IMG/VR virus record: IMGVR_UViG_3300044729_001198
Span: 32,001-96,000 of that record
Direction: 5' to 3' (one strand)
DNA length: 64,000 bases
Source: a virus
The notes under the pieces were generated by a model, which saw only the letters and a list, made by a program, of their open reading frames with translations, made no database searches and was not told the DNA's origin. The first letter of the stretch is position 1. The number at the start of each line of letters is the position of its first letter. This document shows, piece by piece, positions 41,596-47,528 of the stretch. The position numbers were made by a program, and so were the translations under genes.

Positions 41596-41862
41596 TTACT
41601 CATAGTCAAAATAAATCCGACCATCGTTGAATGGGTCGGTTGACCATCCAATAGAATATTCATCCAAGACATCAAATACAATTTGTTTCATGTGGTCCGA
41701 ATTACCTGTGATGATATAATACTTACCCTCTATATCAAAATTCTTTTCTACAAATTCAATAATAACCCCCCTTGCATCGGAATGGGTATATCCATGTAAG
41801 TCCAATGATATAAACTTTTCAGATTTCATCTTTTTGTTATACCTTTTTGTAAACCTTGACAT
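41596..41862 (-). CDS. Stand-alone Smr-domain protein
   Basis: SLDLHGYTHSDA...IITGNS...MKQIVFDVL. Confidence 0.8.
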   Translation of the reverse strand: MSRFTKRYNKKMKSEKFISLDLHGYTHSDARGVIIEFVEKNFDIEGKYYIITGNSDHMKQIVFDVLDEYSIGWSTDPFNDGRIYFDYE

Positions 41863-42343
41863 AATCCGCTTTACCTTGGGTGATAATACGCATTTTTTTT
41901 ATAAACAATTTAACGTCATCTATGTTGTTAGTTTTGTAAACTAAATAATCATCGACATATAATTCAATAGAATCTTCAGACCACATCAATCCAAACTTAT
42001 GAGACTTGATTGATTTATTAAAATAGTGATTTAGTTTCGCAGGTTCAAGTTCAAATGGTGATTGTAAATAGAATTTGTTATTTTCATTTAAAACAATCTT
42101 CAAGGTTGAAAGTTCCTTGGATTGTAATTTAACATGATTACTTGTTTTTATTTCAAAGTATCCAAATTTCCAATCCGACATAGATACTAACGTGTCGTCA
42201 CCACTCCAATTCAAATAACCAGCATATCGAGTTTTTTTATAGTCGAACTCGTGAAATACAACTAAATAGTCTGATAATATTTTTGAATCAAATCTCTTTC
42301 GAGAAATGATAAAGTATTTCATATATCTTAAAAATTCTTTCAT
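41837..42343 (-). CDS. GH16/ConA-fold-like protein, catalytic motif not evident
   Basis: WKFGYFEIK...HKFGLMWSEDSIELYVDD; no ExDxxE. Confidence 0.55.
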   Translation of the reverse strand: MKEFLRYMKYFIISRKRFDSKILSDYLVVFHEFDYKKTRYAGYLNWSGDDTLVSMSDWKFGYFEIKTSNHVKLQSKELSTLKIVLNENNKFYLQSPFELEPAKLNHYFNKSIKSHKFGLMWSEDSIELYVDDYLVYKTNNIDDVKLFIKKMRIITQGKADYVKVYKKV

Positions 42344-42384
42344 AGATAAATCCTTTACAATAAATAGTAAAAATTATTTTGTAG

Positions 42385-42455
42385 TTACCCCTCAAGGACT
42401 CGAACCTCGATTAACTGGACCAAAACCAGTTGTCCTGCCATTAGACGAAAGGGTA
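42385..42455 (-). tRNA. tRNA-Gln (TTG)
   Basis: TACCCTT/AGGGGTA stem, ACTGG-TTTTGGT-CCAGT arm, TTCGAGT loop. Confidence 0.9.
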
Positions 42456-42481
42456 ATATATCAATGTAGTTCGGTTAGTAA

Positions 42482-42784
42482 TTATCCTTTTAAAATTTCT
42501 TGTTTGTTTGTGATTTTGTTTTCAAACTTATCAAACCGTGAATCAATATAACGATAAATCTCATTGACATGATTTTCACTTGTGTTATGAAGCGTGTCAA
42601 CATAATTCATAGTTTCTTTTTCTTTTTGAATAACAGTTTTAAATATTTCAGCAAGTGTACCATCCGTGTCCATAACATCAGACTCCAACTGCTTTACCGA
42701 TTTTCTCAACTGAAACACGACTACAATCATTCCAACATAGAACATTGTAACCGCACCCCAACCGAACGCAATAATTGTTTCCAT
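42482..42784 (-). CDS. Membrane-anchored coiled-coil protein
   Basis: N-terminal TM helix. Confidence 0.6.
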   Translation of the reverse strand: METIIAFGWGAVTMFYVGMIVVVFQLRKSVKQLESDVMDTDGTLAEIFKTVIQKEKETMNYVDTLHNTSENHVNEIYRYIDSRFDKFENKITNKQEILKG

Positions 42785-42877
42785 AATTTTCTCCTAATTT
42801 AAAGAACTACATTGATATAGATAGACTCGGGCCTAGCGAGCCGCCAAAGCGGAAAGGCCCTTTTTAAAGTCTATTTG

Positions 42878-42949
42878 TTGCGGGGGGCGGACTCGAACCA
42901 CCGACCTCAAGGTTATGAGCCTTGCAAGCTACCACTGCTCTACCCCACA
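42878..42949 (-). tRNA. tRNA-Met (CAT), initiator-like
   Basis: GGGGTAGAGCAG..GGTAGCT..CAAGGCTCATAACCTTGAGGTC resembles fMet tRNAs; U1:A72 paired. Confidence 0.85.
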
Positions 42950-42955
42950 ATGTTG

Positions 42956-43028
42956 AGCGAAAGAGGAGATTCGAACTCCCGACCCTCACCTTGGCAAGGT
43001 GATGCTCTACCAACTGAGCTACTTTCGC
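42956..43028 (-). tRNA. tRNA-Gly (GCC)
   Basis: GCGAAAG/CTTTCGC stem, U73, CACCT-TGCCA-AGGTG arm. Confidence 0.92.
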
Positions 43029-43031
43029 AAT

Positions 43032-43215
43032 TGTAATATCTTATCTCCGGTTTTTACTTATGGTTTGTTCCCCATAACCTGTTGACGTGCACATCAGAGC
43101 AGGGACCTGAACATAGTCTACTGAGCCGTTTCCAAACTTCCGATTTGTGGTTGCGACCCACTTGGAAGTCAGTAGTCCTTTCAGAGAAGCGATATCTCCT
43201 TATGTAGATATTACA
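43032..43215 (-). ncRNA. Putative 184-nt multibranch structured RNA
   Basis: Closed by TGTAATATCT/AGATATTACA; at least four internal stems; lies between two tRNA-shaped genes. Confidence 0.55.
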
Positions 43216-43218
43216 TTG

Positions 43219-43290
43219 AGCGGAGAGGTGGTTCTGCCCCACCATCTCTCATCTGGTTGATGAGTGAGTTTCTCTAAACTCCTCCTCCGC
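43219..43290 (-). ncRNA. Non-canonical tRNA-Gly-like cloverleaf, copy 1 (loop CAACCAG)
   Basis: GCGGAGG AG GAGT TTAGAGAA ACTC A CTCAT CAACCAG ATGAG AGAT GGTGG GGCAGAA CCACC TCTCCGC T. Confidence 0.85.
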
Positions 43291-43368
43291 GTTGTAGGTA
43301 TGAATCTCCGGTAACACTCGAATTAGATTCACTGCAGGCGGTTTCATTCCTGTCTTCAATTCATACCT

Positions 43369-43444
43369 TGGAGCCACCAGAGGGACTCGAACCCCCGACC
43401 TACTGATTACAAATCAGTAGCTCTACCAACTGAGCTATGGTGGC
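43369..43444 (-). tRNA. tRNA-Thr (TGT), CCA encoded
   Basis: GCCACCA/TGGTGGC stem, CTGAT-TTGTAAT-CAG region, TTCGAGT loop. Confidence 0.93.
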
Positions 43445-43516
43445 TTTTGAGAGGGGTGTTTTAGTGAGTGCTAACTTACCCCCCTCGGTGGGCTAGACTC
43501 AGCAGTTACTCGGCGA

Positions 43517-43666
43517 TTACTCGGCGCTAGTTGTGTCTACAACAGCGGTAGTATCTACAACAGCAGTCGTGTCAACGGCAGTAGAATCTACTGAAGTCTC
43601 TTCGGTTGAAGTTGAGCAAGATACCAAAGCCAAGGTAGCTACGAAAGCAAACAATACTTGTTTCAT
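43517..43666 (-). CDS. 49-aa lipoprotein with D(S/T)TAV repeats (not in track)
   Basis: MKQVLFAFVATLALVSC-STSTEETSVDSTAVDTTAVVDTTAVVDTTSAE; lipobox LVSC. Confidence 0.8.
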   Translation of the reverse strand: MKQVLFAFVATLALVSCSTSTEETSVDSTAVDTTAVVDTTAVVDTTSAE

Positions 43667-43712
43667 GGTTCGTTTCTCATTATTAAGGTTAAACATATGT
43701 GAACTAAATTTG

Positions 43713-43784
43713 AGCGGAGAGTTGGAACTGCCCCAACACCTCTTATCTGGTTGATAAGCGACTTTCTTTTAAGTCTTTCCCCGC
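43713..43784 (-). ncRNA. Non-canonical tRNA-Gly-like cloverleaf, copy 2 (loop CAACCAG)
   Basis: GCGGGGA AA GACT TAAAAGAA AGTC G CTTAT CAACCAG ATAAG AGGT GTTGG GGCAGTT CCAAC TCTCCGC T; promoter directly upstream. Confidence 0.85.
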
Positions 43785-43794
43785 GATTGTTTAA

Positions 43795-43826
43795 CAAATA
43801 TACGAAATAAATTTCATATTGCCAAA
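43795..43826 (-). promoter_or_regulatory. Bacteroidota sigma-A-type promoter for the atypical tRNA-Gly-like RNA
   Basis: TTTG-N20-TATATTTG ending 11 nt before the RNA 5' end. Confidence 0.8.
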
Positions 43827-43873
43827 TCTTTTTTAAAAAAACCCCGACCTAGCTCGGGATAACACATCGGATG

Positions 43874-43960
43874 CGGAGGCTCAGGGATTCGAACCCCGGT
43901 TACAATTTCTCGTAAAGCAGTTTTCAAGACTGCCGCATTCGACCGCTCTGCCAAACCTCC
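43874..43960 (-). tRNA. tRNA-Ser (TGA)
   Basis: GGAGGTT/AGCCTCC stem, G73, long variable arm, GCAGT-CTTGAAA-ACTGC. Confidence 0.92.
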
Positions 43961-44066
43961 GTGTTTTATCATTTGTTTTTTTCTTGATAGGTAGCCAATA
44001 AGTACGCTGATACAATCATAAAAGCTACAATACCCAACCCAATTAAAAATGATTCCATGATGTATA

Positions 44067-44288
44067 CTATAAATTGTAGTCTGTAAAATTAGAACGTAAC
44101 ACTTCCAATTTATCACTAGCATTAGCCATTTGTTCAACGAGAGTATCAAGCTCTTCAGTATGTTGTGGATGTTCTCCAATGGCTACGGGTGATTCAAAGT
44201 AAATACTAATTCTTGCGCGAGCGTCCAAAATCTCGGCTGTGTATTTTGCCTCAAGGGCTTGGAACAATTGTTTTGAAATTCTGCTCAT
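44067..44288 (-). CDS. Hypothetical protein
   Basis: ORF track (MSRISKQLFQALEAKY...GEHPQ). Confidence 0.65.
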   Translation of the reverse strand: MSRISKQLFQALEAKYTAEILDARARISIYFESPVAIGEHPQHTEELDTLVEQMANASDKLEVLRSNFTDYNL

Positions 44289-44334
44289 AACTTTAGTTTA
44301 ATATAAATAGGTTTACCAACATTAATAAAATTAG

Positions 44335-44406
44335 TAGTCCGTGCGGGAATCGAACCCGCCTTTTATCCGTGAAAGGGATATGTCCTAACCGATAGACGAA
44401 CGGACC
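44335..44406 (-). tRNA. tRNA-Glu (TTC)
   Basis: GGTCCGT/ACGGACT stem, TATCC-CTTTCAC-GGATA arm. Confidence 0.92.
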
Positions 44407-44563
44407 AAGTTGACTACGAGAGCACGTTGTTCTTTGCACCTCTTTGATATTCCCCGTGGTTAGTCAAACCAGATATAAATTTGTTATATCAGCAGTTCCA
44501 TATGAGGTATCACCCCACTTCTCATCGTATTGGACATACTATTCGGTGATGAACCGAACCGTG

Positions 44564-44693
44564 TAGTCAGGACAGGAATCGAACCTGTATGTCAACCTCT
44601 ACGACAGAGCTGTTCTTATTAACCGTGGCCAGCGGGTTTATTACAGTTGTAGTTGACTATCTATGTAGCGTCTACCAATTCCGCCACCTGACT
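44564..44693 (-). ncRNA. tRNA-shell RNA A (Leu-like acceptor/D/T arms, long hairpin core)
   Basis: 5' AGTCAGGTGGCGGAATTGGTAGACGC ... ACAGGTTCGATTCCTGTCCTGACT-A 3'; no anticodon arm. Confidence 0.85.
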
Positions 44694-44793
44694 AAATAAA
44701 TTGGAGTAAGACCCTCTACTACTGGACCAATTGTAGTCGCTGGATTTAAACTTAACCTATTACGTAGTGTTTCCAAAACCTACCACCAATTTG

Positions 44794-44915
44794 AAGTCAG
44801 GACAGGATTGTGAACCTGTATTTAAACGGAGGTGTTTTTACACTGCGTTTAATTTCTAACTGTGTTTTCACATACAGTAGTTGTAGAAGCGTCTATACTT
44901 TTCCGCCACCTGACT
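44794..44915 (-). ncRNA. tRNA-shell RNA B (two-hairpin core)
   Basis: 5' AGTCAGGTGGCGGAAAAGTATAGACGC ... ACAGGTTCACAATCCTGTCCTGACT-T 3'. Confidence 0.8.
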
Positions 44916-44987
44916 ATTAAATAATTCTGTGTTGGCCAACTAAGCACGTACCTGCACCAGATACTTTTTATGCATCAGAATTATTTG

Positions 44988-45112
44988 CAGTCAGGACAGG
45001 ATTCGAACCTGCAATTGTGGATTTCAAAGAAGGACTCGTATGGGTTTTTTCCATTCCACACCCACGATAATACTATCCTTTCTTATTGCGTCTACCATTC
45101 CGCCACCTGACT
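44988..45112 (-). ncRNA. tRNA-shell RNA C (long irregular hairpin core)
   Basis: 5' AGTCAGGTGGCGGAATGGTAGACGC ... GCAGGTTCGAATCCTGTCCTGACT-G 3'. Confidence 0.85.
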
Positions 45113-45193
45113 AAATAGTGGAGCGTCATTTATTTCTAAATTATCCACTTCGGTTACGTTATCTTTCGATAAGAGGCTTTACCGAGCCCAATG

Positions 45194-45267
45194 TATCCCC
45201 GATTGGATTCGAACCAATGACCTACGCATTAGAAGTGCGTTGCTCTATCCAGCTGAGCTACGGAGAC
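45194..45267 (-). tRNA. tRNA-Arg (TCT)
   Basis: GTCTCCG/CGGGGAT stem, ACGCA-CTTCTAA-TGCGT arm. Confidence 0.92.
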
Positions 45268-45309
45268 GTTTTAATAACAATGTCAAAGAACTATATGTGA
45301 GTTTCCGTG

Positions 45310-45395
45310 TACCGCCTGCCGGAATCGAACCGGCACGGACATCGCTGTCCGAGGGATTTTAAGTCCCTTGTGTCTACCTGTTTCACCAAGGCGGC
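45310..45395 (-). tRNA. tRNA-Leu (TAA)
   Basis: GCCGCCT/AGGCGGT stem, AGGGA-CTTAAAA-TCCCT arm, long variable arm. Confidence 0.92.
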
Positions 45396-45405
45396 ATCTT
45401 GTATA

Positions 45406-45437
45406 CAAATATACGAAATAAGTATGAGATTGCCAAA
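45406..45437 (-). promoter_or_regulatory. Bacteroidota sigma-A-type promoter heading the Leu-Arg-shell-Glu RNA operon
   Basis: TTTG-N20-TATATTTG. Confidence 0.8.
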
Positions 45438-45438
45438 T

Positions 45439-45612
45439 TTATTTTCTCATGCCATCACGAACTCCACGTTGATACAACGTATACGAATTGATGACCCAAA
45501 GAAGTGTGATAATTTGCCATGTAGGATTTTCACCATTCTTATAATGTAAAATGGCTGATGTTGCGGCTAGGATAGCCATAATAACGAATAATGATTTTTC
45601 GAATAGTTTCAT
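45439..45612 (-). CDS. 57-aa two-TM protein (not in track)
   Basis: MKLFEKSLFVIMAILAATSAILHYKNGENPTWQIITLLWVINSYTLYQRGVRDGMRK. Confidence 0.55.
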   Translation of the reverse strand: MKLFEKSLFVIMAILAATSAILHYKNGENPTWQIITLLWVINSYTLYQRGVRDGMRK

Positions 45613-45614
45613 AA

Positions 45615-45932
45615 CTAATATTTTTCGATTTGTGTTTTGATTTTGTGTATAAGTTCCATGTCACCTAATTGTGGGATAATTTCTTCCAACAAAGATTTCA
45701 TGTGTTGTTTTGATTTACGTTTAGATTCAGCTTGATTAGCTCGTTCTACTAAATACAAGTGATATGCAATCTCATCAACCTGTTTTAGTTTGTCGTAATA
45801 CTTTTGAATACGAGCATCTAACTTACGAGACCGATGTAGGTCAATGACTGTTGGAAATGCTTTGTGTAATTCATCTAATCTACCTTTTAGGTATTGGATT
45901 TCCCCGTATCGTTGAATTTCGTGTTCGGTCAT
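45615..45932 (-). CDS. Hypothetical protein
   Basis: ORF track. Confidence 0.6.
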   Translation of the reverse strand: MTEHEIQRYGEIQYLKGRLDELHKAFPTVIDLHRSRKLDARIQKYYDKLKQVDEIAYHLYLVERANQAESKRKSKQHMKSLLEEIIPQLGDMELIHKIKTQIEKY

Positions 45933-46084
45933 CGTGATATTTTAAATACTGACAAAAATGACTTGAGACTCATTTGTTTTACCTGAGCAAAATACTTTGC
46001 AGCTCCCAAACGACCCCAAGCTTTTGTATAGGCAATGGGTTCTGATGTTTTGTCTGTTTTAGAATAAAAATAATACTTTTTCAT
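45929..46084 (-). CDS. 51-aa hypothetical protein (not in track)
   Basis: MKKYYFYSKTDKTSEPIAY...; ATGA coupling to the next ORF. Confidence 0.5.
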   Translation of the reverse strand: MKKYYFYSKTDKTSEPIAYTKAWGRLGAAKYFAQVKQMSLKSFLSVFKISR

Positions 46085-46092
46085 TTCCTTCA

Positions 46093-46251
46093 TTATTGTA
46101 CTCCCATGGGCTTGCCAAGTGTAGCTGATAATCGAGTAGCAAAATCTTCAGCGAAGTCTTTCTTGATAAATGTCTTTACGACTTCACCATCAAGTTTAAC
46201 ATCAAACGCTTTGTTTGAGATTTTGGATGTAACGATTTCAATACGTTCCAT
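46093..46251 (-). CDS. 52-aa hypothetical protein (not in track)
   Basis: MERIEIVTSKISNKAFDVKLDGEVVKTF... Confidence 0.5.
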   Translation of the reverse strand: MERIEIVTSKISNKAFDVKLDGEVVKTFIKKDFAEDFATRLSATLGKPMGVQ

Positions 46252-46290
46252 TTTATAAATAAGTGTTAAAAATTAATCAAGGTTAAAATG

Positions 46291-46620
46291 TTAGTGTTTC
46301 TTTTTAATTTGTTCGATAAGGTCCGTTACAAATTCACCGGCATATGTTTTACCACCAACGTTCCATCGTTTGTTTTCAAACTCTGCGAATTCACGACTTC
46401 CACTTTTCCAATCGTATAGTGTAAATACAGCACCATCAGATGTACGTTGGAATACCCACTCGAAATTTACTTTACCATCACCACTCGGAGTGTCAAAGGT
46501 TGGTTTACCAAATGTTTTTACTAATTGGTTAAAGGTCCAACCTACAAGTGAATCTTTATAAGACGTTCCATTTGTTAGATTCAGAGCGTCTTTTTCATTT
46601 TTAATGATATTATACTTCAT
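46291..46620 (-). CDS. Hypothetical protein
   Basis: ORF track; promoter upstream. Confidence 0.65.
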   Translation of the reverse strand: MKYNIIKNEKDALNLTNGTSYKDSLVGWTFNQLVKTFGKPTFDTPSGDGKVNFEWVFQRTSDGAVFTLYDWKSGSREFAEFENKRWNVGGKTYAGEFVTDLIEQIKKKH

Positions 46621-46702
46621 GTGTTTCTTATTTACTTTGTAAAGATACGAAATAATTTTGACATTGCCAAATTTATTTTAAATGTTAGCACCTGCTGACA
46701 TT

Positions 46703-47251
46703 TTAGCTTGGTAATACATCGATGGCAATAATATCCCACGGCCAAACTTCACAATGATACCCATGTGTAGATAGATGTCCTACAATCGCATCGAAGCTGG
46801 AATGTTTGTGTTCTATCTTTATATACTTTGGCCGTAGCGGACCTCGTAGGTCAACCATTTTCAATATCTCATAATCATGACCTTCAGTATCAATCTTCAA
46901 ATAATCAACTTGAGTGATATTACACATCGATATTAAATCCGAATATGTAAGTGTTGGTACTGTGATTGACCTATCATGTGAACCTGCCTTTTCAGATTGT
47001 ACGTTTTTATAAAACGATGACATTCCAGCATAATCTTTGTCGGAATCAACCAACTCTTCAGAGCACAACCACAACTCCCTACTACCACGTTCAGTATCAA
47101 CGGCTGCGTTAACATAGAACACATTTTCTTTTTGTTCAATGTTATCTAAATATTTTTTTACGGGTTCAACAATAACACCTTTCCATCCAAAATCGGATAG
47201 ATAGTTTAATGTTTGAAAGTCACACGACCCAATTTCTATAAATGTTTTCAT
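46703..47251 (-). CDS. FkbM-family methyltransferase
   Basis: IEIGS, VEPV, VNAAV, DYLKIDTEGHDYEIL. Confidence 0.85.
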   Translation of the reverse strand: MKTFIEIGSCDFQTLNYLSDFGWKGVIVEPVKKYLDNIEQKENVFYVNAAVDTERGSRELWLCSEELVDSDKDYAGMSSFYKNVQSEKAGSHDRSITVPTLTYSDLISMCNITQVDYLKIDTEGHDYEILKMVDLRGPLRPKYIKIEHKHSSFDAIVGHLSTHGYHCEVWPWDIIAIDVLPS

Positions 47252-47252
47252 A

Positions 47253-47528
47253 TTATTTTAATGCTACACAAACCATACACTTAATACCATCTTCAGATTC
47301 AAACAACCATTCGTTGGTATAATCAGTTTCAACTTCTTTTACAAATCTAAATCTACGAGCCCCTTGCGTTTTCCAATTCTTGATATAAAATTGCTTTCTT
47401 CCATTTGGGAATGTAAACTGATAATATACACCATTACCCACTTCTTGAAGATTCCAAGCATCGCCATAAAACGTATTAGAATCAGCATCCCATTTAAAAC
47501 TATGAATATCGTATGTTATTTTTTTCAT
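47253..47528 (-). CDS. Hypothetical protein
   Basis: ORF track. Confidence 0.55.
   Translation of the reverse strand: MKKITYDIHSFKWDADSNTFYGDAWNLQEVGNGVYYQFTFPNGRKQFYIKNWKTQGARRFRFVKEVETDYTNEWLFESEDGIKCMVCVALK

Noticed and set aside
43466-43474. CIRCE half-site GAGTGCTAA
   Set aside because: Lacks the N9-spaced partner half and is not upstream of a chaperone gene; it lies in a hairpin loop region.
44700-44790. Twister or hammerhead ribozyme in the spacers (GAGGG, GAAAC, CTGATG words)
   Set aside because: Required core elements (twister UAA junction and pseudoknots; hammerhead CUGAnGA) are not in the right arrangement by eye; needs cmscan.
44590-45090. Shell cores as tRNA introns (group I or BHB)
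   Set aside because: Too short for group I, no conserved anticodon-stem halves flank them, and no bulge-helix-bulge is seen; removal would not restore a common anticodon arm.
44564-45112. Shell array as a CRISPR array
   Set aside because: The constant parts are two separate tRNA halves that pair with each other, the intervening lengths vary widely, and no cas genes are in the window.
43054-45549. ORFs 43054..43245, 43533..43754, 43814..44179, 45118..45300, 45307..45549
   Set aside because: They overlap tRNAs, structured RNAs or the lipoprotein gene and read as antisense or off-frame translations.
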